A DNA stretch of 32,000 bases from Archaeoglobus fulgidus DSM 4304 (GTDB lineage Archaea; Halobacteriota; Archaeoglobi; Archaeoglobales; Archaeoglobaceae): NCBI RefSeq assembly GCF_000008665.1, contig NC_000917.1:540001-572000 (forward strand), given 5' to 3'. The position numbers and the translations under genes are program-made. Positions 9,498 to 16,772 of the stretch are shown here, one piece after another. Each line of letters starts with the position of its first letter. Within the stretch, counting starts at the first letter, position 1. The notes beneath the pieces were generated by a model. That model was not told where the DNA came from and made no database searches. It saw only the letters and a program-made list of their open reading frames with translations.

Positions 9498-9649
9498 ATG
9501 GAAAGAATGGTCGTAGACTCGAAAGTTATGGTTGGAAAGCCAGTCATCAAAGGCACGAGGATTCCAGTAGATGCCAATGTTAGAATAAGAAACTTGCAAT
9601 TTTACTAAGGAATGGTGGATACAATATAGTTTTCGTTGGTGATTTGTAG
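9498..9649 (+). pseudogene. DUF433-family antitoxin N-terminus, possibly fused by deletion to a DUF5615-like toxin fragment
   Basis: MERMVVDSKVMVGKPVIKGTRIPVD is a DUF433 signature. It runs into ANVRI.. and, in the next frame, KKLAILLRNGGYNIVFVGDL*, reminiscent of DUF5615 (LVDANv..KLAeLLR..GYdvvfV.DL). Confidence 0.55.
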
Positions 9650-9732
9650 TTGTAAGAGACGACGCCATAAAGTTAAGAAGAATAAGGTTTTAAGAAGGAA
9701 TTTAGACGAACTTGTTTTATCTGTAAAGCTCA

Positions 9733-9935
9733 AGTGAGAAATAATAAGCCTCTGAAGGTGCGAAAGACCTAAACCTTCTTACGGTAACCCCATCAATTTC
9801 TTCAACTTTCGGCAATTTTCCGCTCGGATCGGTTGTTAAAACTTCGACATCGTAATTCTTCGATATCCTCTTGGCTATATCGTAAACGTGGGTTTCGACT
9901 CCGCATATGTGAGGAATGAGGACGGAATCTCGGAA
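9733..9935 (-). pseudogene. GT4 glycosyltransferase N-terminal relic, paralogous to the gene at 14919-15995
   Basis: Reverse strand: ICGVETHVYDIAKRISKNYDVEVLTTDPSGKLPKVEEIDGVTVR.F.SFAPSEAYYFS versus IGGVETHVYEIASRIAKKFDVEVLTTDPGGKLPKVEEIDGLTVRRFKSLAPSEAYYFS. Confidence 0.9.
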
Positions 9936-9955
9936 AAACGTGAGTTATTCTCACG
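9934..9955 (-). terminator. Intrinsic-terminator-like hairpin at the vapC 3' end
   Basis: Reverse strand CGTGAG-AATAA-CTCACG-TTTTT: perfect 6-bp stem, 5-nt loop, T5 tract. Confidence 0.45.
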
Positions 9956-10285
9956 GTTCAATTAACTTAACTCTCAAATTTGAGACTTCTGCGATGTCTA
10001 AGAAATCCCTATCCTTCGTTATTAATTCTTCATCTCTATTTATACAAATTGAGGCAATTAAAAGGTCTGAAAATGGTTTCTCGGCTTTCTAACAATTCTT
10101 AAACGTCTTTGTAGCTCTATAGAGAGTAAAACGTCACCTCTTTCGATGATTAGAACTTTTCCGTGAAATTTTTTGTAGTTTATAACTGGAGGAAATTCGA
10201 CGATAGTTACTTCCGTTATGTTTTCTTCAATACTTTCGTTTTTCTTAACTCTTTCAATTACCAAGTTCGTGTCCGCTACGACCAT
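9951..10285 (-). pseudogene. VapC (PIN-domain) toxin with 1-nt frameshift
   Basis: MVVADTNLVIERVKKN...GDVLLSIELQRRLRIVRK| then in the shifted frame AEKPFSDLLIASICINRDEELITKDRDFLDIAEVSNLRVKLIEP*; base missing near the A run at 10086-10088. Confidence 0.85.
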
Positions 10286-10521
10286 ACTCTTTTCTTCTCT
10301 TTCTCTTTCATCTTTCTAAGGTATTCCAGTTCTTTATCAGTATCAAACGTAACGTCTTCTGTTTTGGGGAATTTTAGCGTTAGATACAAATTGTACAAGT
10401 CGATATCAGCGTAATCTTTCCCTATTTCGTCTAATATCTTATCTGCCAGCATTTCTTTCAACTTGTTTATTAGTTTCTCATTAACCCGATCGGGCACTTC
10501 TATTTGGATTACTTTTCCCAT
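10276..10521 (-). CDS. VapB-like antitoxin
   Basis: 81 aa ORF directly upstream of and overlapping the vapC: MGKVIQIEVPDRVNEKLINKLKEMLADKILDEIGK... Confidence 0.65.
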   Translation of the reverse strand: MGKVIQIEVPDRVNEKLINKLKEMLADKILDEIGKDYADIDLYNLYLTLKFPKTEDVTFDTDKELEYLRKMKEKEKKRVWS

Positions 10522-10775
10522 GCTTTTTTATTAGTCTTAAAGAATATAAATACCTTTTCCTCGATCAGTTTGCCTTTTTAAAACTCACAAACTCAGAAAT
10601 CGGCACGCTTAAACTCTGATTGATGCGAGGTTACGTCCAAAAGCCGAAGAGCTTCGAGATGCGGTGCGACTGTAGATGTTTGAGGGAGCGCGTCGAGAGG
10701 GGGGAAAATCCACACTACACGAAGCTTCACGAAGCTACCCCAAACTTTATCAACTTTCTGCTCTGATGCAGATAA

Positions 10776-11444
10776 ATGAAGCACAAAATCAAGCTGAAAG
10801 GCTCGTTCAGCTTAAACGAGAAGGATATTTTGGATTTTCATCCTTGGGTAAAACCTCTCCTTGAAGAGGTAAGAAACAGAGGATGGAATTACGAGTTTTC
10901 CGACGTGAAAGCTGAAGTCCTGGTTGAACTCGATTTAGATGAGTTAAAGCTCGACCTCAGGTACTACCCACCCCGTCTGGAGAGATTCGAAGAAGGAGGA
11001 ACTTACGAGATTTCAGCCGAAGTAGGAAGTGAGCCTCCGGCAGTTCTGAAGGTGCTTTCAATTGAAAGCTTTAAAGTTCGCGTATCCACCAAAAACTGCT
11101 GGAATGCTGCAGAAATAGATCCCTTCAAACGTGAAGTTAACAGCATTAAGGACGTTTTATGGGCCTTTGGGGAAGAAGTTGATAAGCTTTCTCAGGCGAG
11201 GGAAGTTTATGAAGTTGCAAGATGGTTGATTGAAAAGGGATTCAAACCGGCAAATAACTACGTGATCAAAGACTACAAGAAACTTGTCGACATGTTCGAA
11301 AAGCCCTACAAGTTTGCAGTAACGCTGGAAATTGCGGTTGAAGATGAAAATAAGGTGCCGGGATGGGAGGAGCTTAAAAAAGAGCTGAGCAAGTTCTTCT
11401 ACGAGAGGGGGACTTTTGGTGGAGCTGAAAATGGATCCGTTTAG
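10776..11444 (+). CDS. Hypothetical protein
   Basis: 222 aa ORF with protein-like composition (DFHPWVKPLLEEVRNRGWNYEFSDVKAEVLVELDLDELKLDLRYYPP); no family recognised. Confidence 0.55.
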   Translation: MKHKIKLKGSFSLNEKDILDFHPWVKPLLEEVRNRGWNYEFSDVKAEVLVELDLDELKLDLRYYPPRLERFEEGGTYEISAEVGSEPPAVLKVLSIESFKVRVSTKNCWNAAEIDPFKREVNSIKDVLWAFGEEVDKLSQAREVYEVARWLIEKGFKPANNYVIKDYKKLVDMFEKPYKFAVTLEIAVEDENKVPGWEELKKELSKFFYERGTFGGAENGSV

Positions 11445-11482
11445 AAAGCCTATACCTTAATTTCCTTCAGCAGGATCGAGAA

Positions 11483-11890
11483 TCACCAGCAAGAGCTTAT
11501 TTCAAAACTTCTCGTGCAGTAGTCAAGCACAAGCTTAAATCCCTCTAAAAACTCCGTTCCGAGCACTATCTCATCTACTCCATCAGTTGTCTCCACAAAT
11601 CCGTCTCTGAATGTTTTCAGCTCTGGAATTATGATTCTGGCATAAGAGCCGGTGGATTCAATCAACCTTTCCGTAGGAAGTGTTAATGCTCTTTTATGCT
11701 GACTCAACTCGTCAAGACGAAGCTTTTTAAAGATGTCTTGTGGGACGACTGCAAAGCCCTCATATCCTGTGTCGATGACCGCAAGCACACTGCCAGATTC
11801 TGGAAACTTAACGGAAAGAAGAGGGTTGCTCAGAACGATCTCGATAACTGGGGTTCCGTTAACGAACATACTTCCAGCCCATCCTTGCAA
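11483..11890 (-). CDS. Clan AA (retropepsin-like) aspartic protease-like protein
   Basis: SGSVLAVIDTGYEGFAVVP (D-T-G motif) and EIVLGTEFLEGFKLVLDY C-terminal psi-like motif. Confidence 0.75.
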   Translation of the reverse strand: MQGWAGSMFVNGTPVIEIVLSNPLLSVKFPESGSVLAVIDTGYEGFAVVPQDIFKKLRLDELSQHKRALTLPTERLIESTGSYARIIIPELKTFRDGFVETTDGVDEIVLGTEFLEGFKLVLDYCTRSFEISSCW

Positions 11891-12176
11891 CAGGCTTTAT
11901 ATGCTCTGAAGAGACTATTTTCACACTCCTCGGATCCACATTCTTCTCCCTCAGTATTTTGGCAAGTTCCTCAAGATCGTGAGCTTCAGCGACGAGTTCT
12001 TCTCCTCTGTAAGCTCTGAAGACTTTTTTCTTCTTTTCCAGTATTGAGAAGTAAATCTTCAAAGCTTCCTCTATAACTTTCGACATCGCACCCTTGCTCG
12101 ACCCGTGTTTCTCCTTAACTACATCTCTCAACCTTTTTTCGACATCATCGCTTATCGAGATCGTTAATGTTCCCAT
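11859..12176 (-). CDS. Ribbon-helix-helix N-domain protein with C-terminal small domain (DUF5678-like)
   Basis: MGTLTISISDDVEKRLRDVVKEKHGSSKGAMSKVIEEALKIYF then FRAYRGEELVAEAHDLEELAKILREKNVDPRSVKIVSSEH. Confidence 0.7.
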   Translation of the reverse strand: MGTLTISISDDVEKRLRDVVKEKHGSSKGAMSKVIEEALKIYFSILEKKKKVFRAYRGEELVAEAHDLEELAKILREKNVDPRSVKIVSSEHIKPVARMGWKYVR

Positions 12177-12222
12177 GTAAATACGTATTAAGTGGATACT
12201 ATTTAAATATTTTCTCCAAAAT

Positions 12223-12480
12223 CTAAAGCTTAAAAACCCTTTTAATGCCAGTTTTATCGAAATCGATATCGTTTTAGATTATTTCCTCTATGTTCTTTCT
12301 CTTAGCAACGGCAAAATGCAAAGAATCTTCGAAATCCAATCCGAAATAGTTCACGATATCTAAAGCATTCAAGAAATCATCTTTGACGAGTGGTTCAATC
12401 TTTAAAACCTCTTAATCTTATGAACGAATCAACGACGATTTTAACAAATTTTTGTCCTTTAGGCTTTTGTCCGCCAATCC
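12223..12480 (-). pseudogene. VapC (PIN-domain) toxin C-terminal relic with in-frame stops/frameshift
   Basis: Frames give KIYETLVIIVGLADKSLKDKNLLKS..., EPLVKDDFLNALDIVNYFGLDFEDSLHFAVAKRKNIEEII*NDIDFDKTGIKRVFKL*; in-frame TAA at 12274-12276. Confidence 0.7.
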
Positions 12481-12521
12481 GACAATGATTACGAGTGTTT
12501 CGTAGATTTTTAGGGTAGATG

Positions 12522-12866
12522 TTAGGTAATTAGATCAAGCCTTCTATACTTCCTAATGAAACGTTTGCTCATCTTCCACTCTTTTTTAGTTAGGATGTGA
12601 AACTCGAAGGGTGAATCGAAGAACTTCTTGGTAATCTTCCCGAAGAATTCGAGCTTCCTGTTTCTATCCTCAAATACGTCTGAAACGATTGCAACGTCTA
12701 TATCCGACAAGCCGATCGAGTAATCACCTTCAACAACCGAACCGTAGAGATATATTTCCGCATCTTGAACATCCTTTTTTGTAATCTCTTTTATCTCCTT
12801 CAAAAATTCCTACAGATTATCGAAGTACTTCTTTCTCCTTTCGTAAACATCTCTTAGGAACTTCAT
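12522..12866 (-). pseudogene. MNT-type nucleotidyltransferase (minimal NTase) with in-frame TAG near N-terminus
   Basis: MKFLRDVYERRKKYFDNL*EFLKEIKEITKKDVQDAEIYLYGSVVEGDYSIGLSDIDVAIVSD; GS..(x)DxD motif; TAG at 12810-12812; GGAG upstream of ATG at 12866. Confidence 0.7.
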
Positions 12867-12907
12867 AGCATCTCCCCCAAATCACTTCCTTTTCTTAATT
12901 TTTCGTA

Positions 12908-13297
12908 TCAACGCCAAGTTAGTTTACTCTCCATGATGTAGTTGAAAATAAATGCACATCCAATGCCAACAAAGTTCGAAAAGATATAATATATCTTAAA
13001 GAGCTCCGTCAACACGTATAAAATGGATATGTTCACGAAAATACCAGCAACTCTCCAAAGATTGCTCTTTAGAAGTCTGAAAAGAAACAATCTCAAATCA
13101 GAGCTTCTTTTATCTCTGAATGTCCAACGATCATTTAATATAAATTGAACTACAATAGCTATCTCTATTGCCAAAATTGAGGAAACGATGTAATAAACTC
13201 TGAAATATTCCGTAAAGATGTAAAGAATTAATGTATTTATCAGAGCTCCGAACGCTCCAACAGATGCAAATTTTAGCAATCTTAAGAATTCAATCAT
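12908..13297 (-). CDS. GtrA-family membrane protein
   Basis: 129 aa, four hydrophobic segments; FLLKFASVGAFGALINTLILYIFTEYF, NDRWTFRD motif. Confidence 0.9.
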   Translation of the reverse strand: MIEFLRLLKFASVGAFGALINTLILYIFTEYFRVYYIVSSILAIEIAIVVQFILNDRWTFRDKRSSDLRLFLFRLLKSNLWRVAGIFVNISILYVLTELFKIYYIFSNFVGIGCAFIFNYIMESKLTWR

Positions 13298-14895
13298 GTT
13301 CTTTTGTAAATGTAGAGTTTAGAGTTATCTGGGAGATCAAATACCTTAACAACCTCAAAATTGTCTTTTCGCTCGTAGAAGAACTCATATAGCTTCTTTT
13401 CTATATCTCCGTAAACTCCTTTGTGTTCCCTTGGTTCTATTAGAATTATGTATGTAATCTTATCGAAATTATGAACAAAGGCCTCATAGCCAATGTAAAC
13501 TCCATTGTAAATCGCAAATTTATAACCCTCCTTAAGTCTGTAAAAGTTCAGAGATTGCCCGTTGAGATATGGATGATCAGGAAGAACGACGACTATTTTT
13601 CCTTCTCCCCCACTCTCTTTAATAGCTTCGAGTAGAGCATATATCTTCCAGTCTTCTTTTTTAGGGTGTTCTGGATTGGGGAGAATTTTATTGTCTATAT
13701 CTGGCTGCCCGAAAGTTAAAGCGGATATATTCAAAAGACCGAAAAGAAGAATGATGAAAGTGAGAATCGTACTGTATTTTCGATTCGCCAAGCTACTTAC
13801 AAAAACTCCTATTGAAATTGCAACAAACGGTAAAACGGGCATGATGTACCTCGGATCTTTGTTTGAAAGTAGTGTTAAGATGATGTAAATAAGCGCAATT
13901 GGTGTCAAAAGTCCTAAAAAGAGGTATCGGTTGTTTTTATATAGATAGTATATTGAAACGGCAAACAGTATTAAGAACACAGCTCCAACAGCGTCGAGTA
14001 TTGAATTAGCATAGTATATCCAGCCCTGAATCGTTAGAAATGCAGGGTCTCCTTCTTTTCCACCTATGTTTGCAAAGTAGGTAAGTCGCATAATGACCGT
14101 GCTTAAATTTGGAAGGTACCACCAAGCTGCAAAAAGAAATGCAACAAAGAGGGAAATCGCAAAGTTCAACATAGTATTATTTGTTTTCGCAGACTTTTCG
14201 TAAAGTTTTAGATGTTTTTTAGAGCAGAATCTTCTGTAACCTACTTTCCACCCATTTTTAACGATCTGGTGACAATATGGGCATCTCATGAAATAATTTA
14301 CTAAAAACAATGCAAAAATCGAAGGGATGATATATACGAAAGCATTCCACTTTGTTAGCTCAGCTATACCGAAAACTATGCCGAAAAGAACTGAATACTT
14401 TAAATTTCTGAAGTCCTCCGATCTCAGATAAAGCAAAATAGCAAAGGCTGTTAGAGACAATAGAGCGAAGTCAATCATATATACTCGCTGAAATTTTATA
14501 AGCGCCGGGAAAGCGGAAATGATCACAGCTGATATAACTCCAGCGTTTCTGTCTTTCATAATCTTGGCTATTTGGAAAACTGAATATATTAAAATAAAAT
14601 AGTAAATTAAATTTGTTAAAATTGCGATATCTTCGGAAAACCCGAACAGAAAGTAAAGTGGTGTAGAAGAGAGATAAAAGAATGGGGGGTAGTAATTGCT
14701 AACCTTAACTATTTCGGAAAATTGTAACGACTTTATTAGATTGAAATACACAAACGAGTAAGTTAAATGTAAAGCCGGGTCCCAAGATTGAGGACTGTCA
14801 TCCCAAGCAATAAAGTACACATTGGTGATCACTACAAAAGTCGTGATTAGCAGAAGAACTAGAAACTCTGAATCTTTGAGGTATTTCACTTCCAT
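13294..14895 (-). CDS. PMT/ArnT-like (GT-C) membrane glycosyltransferase
   Basis: 533 aa polytopic; AWDDSPQSWDPALHLTYSFVYF near the N-terminus (acidic luminal-loop motif), DPRYIMPVLPFVAI; overlaps GtrA start. Confidence 0.85.
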   Translation of the reverse strand: MEVKYLKDSEFLVLLLITTFVVITNVYFIAWDDSPQSWDPALHLTYSFVYFNLIKSLQFSEIVKVSNYYPPFFYLSSTPLYFLFGFSEDIAILTNLIYYFILIYSVFQIAKIMKDRNAGVISAVIISAFPALIKFQRVYMIDFALLSLTAFAILLYLRSEDFRNLKYSVLFGIVFGIAELTKWNAFVYIIPSIFALFLVNYFMRCPYCHQIVKNGWKVGYRRFCSKKHLKLYEKSAKTNNTMLNFAISLFVAFLFAAWWYLPNLSTVIMRLTYFANIGGKEGDPAFLTIQGWIYYANSILDAVGAVFLILFAVSIYYLYKNNRYLFLGLLTPIALIYIILTLLSNKDPRYIMPVLPFVAISIGVFVSSLANRKYSTILTFIILLFGLLNISALTFGQPDIDNKILPNPEHPKKEDWKIYALLEAIKESGGEGKIVVVLPDHPYLNGQSLNFYRLKEGYKFAIYNGVYIGYEAFVHNFDKITYIILIEPREHKGVYGDIEKKLYEFFYERKDNFEVVKVFDLPDNSKLYIYKRT

Positions 14896-14918
14896 AAATT
14901 TGCTTGATATATTAGCTA

Positions 14919-15995
14919 TTAAATTTTTGCGGAATAAATCCTTATTAATCTTTCATTAACATCATCCCAATCCAACAATTTCATATCTCCAGCTTTAACA
15001 TTTGAAACTCTCTCTATCAGTCTTGCAAGCTCCGAAACGTTGATTGGGTAATCGATACCAAAAACGTTCTTGTTATCTATCCACTCACTCAAAGCAGATG
15101 TGTTAGCAACAATGCATGGAGTCTTTGCAGCTAGAGCTTCGGCTACAACAATTCCATAAGCTTCGTGCTTAGATAGAAGAACTAGTACATCAGCCTTCGC
15201 ATACCTATCGATGAGCTCTTTTCTGCTTAAGTCCTGATAAAACCTAATCCTGTCGATAACATCTAACTTCTTCGCCATTTCAACTATCTTCGACTTGTAA
15301 CTACCTTTACCGACAACCTCAAGCGTGAAGTTATCGGGCAAGTGTTTCAATGATTTCACAACATAATCCAACCCCTTGTACTTCTCAACTCTCCCTACGT
15401 AGAGGATAGTTTTCTTCCAACTTTCCTTATTTCTCTTAATTTTTTCAATGTCTTTAAACTCATCTAAATTTATTCCGTTTGGGATTACATACGTTCTATC
15501 CTCGGCGACCTTGAAATTTTTCAAAACCAGATTTTTCTCGTAATTGGAAACGCAAACGATTGCGTCGGCTCTCTTAAAGATCTTCCTTCCGAATATCTTG
15601 TAAGGTTTATGAAGGACGTTTCTGAAAAAGCTGTGACCGCTCCCGTGATAATGCGGCGTGAAAATCAATTTGTTTTTTCCTTTGGTCAAGGCAGCAAACA
15701 GAGCGGGAAACGCGTGGTAGTTGTGGGCGTGAACTACATCGTAGTCCGAGCTATTTTTCTTTAAATAGTCGTAGAGTTCGGGAGAGAAGTAATACGCCTC
15801 GGAAGGGGCGAGAGATTTAAACCTTCTCACGGTAAGCCCATCAATTTCTTCAACTTTCGGCAATTTTCCGCCTGGGTCGGTAGTCAGAACCTCAACATCG
15901 AACTTCTTTGCTATTCTACTAGCTATTTCGTAAACGTGAGTTTCGACTCCTCCTATGTGGGGATAAAATCTCGGACAAACCTGGGCTATTTTCAC
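14919..15995 (-). CDS. Glycosyltransferase family 4
   Basis: 358 aa ORF; CPRFYPHIGGVETHVYEIASR, ILYVGRVEKYKGLDYVVKSL, LSKHEAYGIVVAEALAAKTPCIVA. Confidence 0.93.
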   Translation of the reverse strand: MKIAQVCPRFYPHIGGVETHVYEIASRIAKKFDVEVLTTDPGGKLPKVEEIDGLTVRRFKSLAPSEAYYFSPELYDYLKKNSSDYDVVHAHNYHAFPALFAALTKGKNKLIFTPHYHGSGHSFFRNVLHKPYKIFGRKIFKRADAIVCVSNYEKNLVLKNFKVAEDRTYVIPNGINLDEFKDIEKIKRNKESWKKTILYVGRVEKYKGLDYVVKSLKHLPDNFTLEVVGKGSYKSKIVEMAKKLDVIDRIRFYQDLSRKELIDRYAKADVLVLLSKHEAYGIVVAEALAAKTPCIVANTSALSEWIDNKNVFGIDYPINVSELARLIERVSNVKAGDMKLLDWDDVNERLIRIYSAKI

Positions 15996-16064
15996 ATTTT
16001 CCCCTTTAATTTCAGATATTAAACTTTGTTGTGGTGGATATTGATATTTTTCAGCAAAAAGATA

Positions 16065-16392
16065 TTAATCTACAAGAACATCAAATTCGCTTATGACCTC
16101 CTTAACTAGCATAAAAAGTTTGTCCAGCGTTACAACCCTTAAACCGTTGTTTATTAGCGATTGCAGAAATTAATGTATACACAGCAGGTACTGGCTCTCC
16201 AATTTTTAAAAGTTCTGTAGAAATCTTTATTGCCAGCCTGTAGTCAGATTTTGATAGGTATAATACCGTTAGATTGAACTCAAGTGCCTTTGGAAATTCT
16301 ATAACGTTTAGTATCGTCGTGTATCCGCTCATACTTTCCTTATTTTTGTACAATTCGATCAATTTGTTTGTATCGTAAAGGTTCTTCTCCAT
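16065..16392 (-). pseudogene. VapC (PIN-domain) toxin with 1-nt insertion
   Basis: MEKNLYDTNKLIELYKNKESMSGYTTILNVIEFPKAL...PVPAVYTLISAIA| then shifted INNGLRVVTLDKLFMLVKEVISEFDVLVD*; extra base around 16154-16155. Confidence 0.85.
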
Positions 16393-16643
16393 TCAATATC
16401 CTTCATTTTCTCGTAGCTTTCAACAGCTTTCTCGAAATCCAGTTCTTTAAGGCTATTTCTAAAATCTTCGCCAAGTTCTTCTTAAAGTTCCTTGGAGCCA
16501 ACCTCAGTCTCGATCTCTTCCAGCTTTTCCAGATACTCAGCTATTGCTTTCCTTACAACTTCACTCCATCTGATTTCACCATATTTTTTCATCTTCCTGT
16601 AGAGGTCTTCAGGTAATGATAAGGTTATGTTGGGCATACACAT
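16359..16643 (-). pseudogene. VapB-like antitoxin with in-frame TAA
   Basis: MCMPNITLSLPEDLYRKMKKYGEIRWSEVVRKAIAEYLEKLEEIETEVGSKEL*EELGEDFRNSLKELDFEKAVESYEKMKDIEW...; TAA at 16492-16494. Missed by the ORF track because both halves are short. Confidence 0.85.
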
Positions 16644-16772
16644 ATTTCTCTGTGAATTCAATATTTAAGATTCCCACTTATTTTTTGTCTTCCAACTCAA
16701 CTTACTCTTCTACTTTCTCCTGCTTTTCTCATTCGACATTAAACAATTTTAAAAACCCTGCCTATTACAAAA

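Noticed and set aside
8570-10780. Similar strings TTTATCAACTT and ATGCAGATAAAT near 8575 and 10750
   Set aside because: Order and spacing differ between the two places and the strings are short and AT-rich; not enough for a repeat claim.
10593-10864. Two small ORFs upstream of 10776 (10593-10784 - and 10676-10864 +)
   Set aside because: Overlap each other and the better-supported 10776-11444 frame; translations lack recognisable motifs.
5516-12812. Possible recoding of TAG (amber) as an amino acid, since two genes contain in-frame TAG (5516-5518, 12810-12812)
   Set aside because: Nearby genes are broken by TAA and by indels as well, the sulfotransferase also carries a frameshift, and pyrrolysine machinery is not known for this lineage. 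Ordinary decay explains it better.
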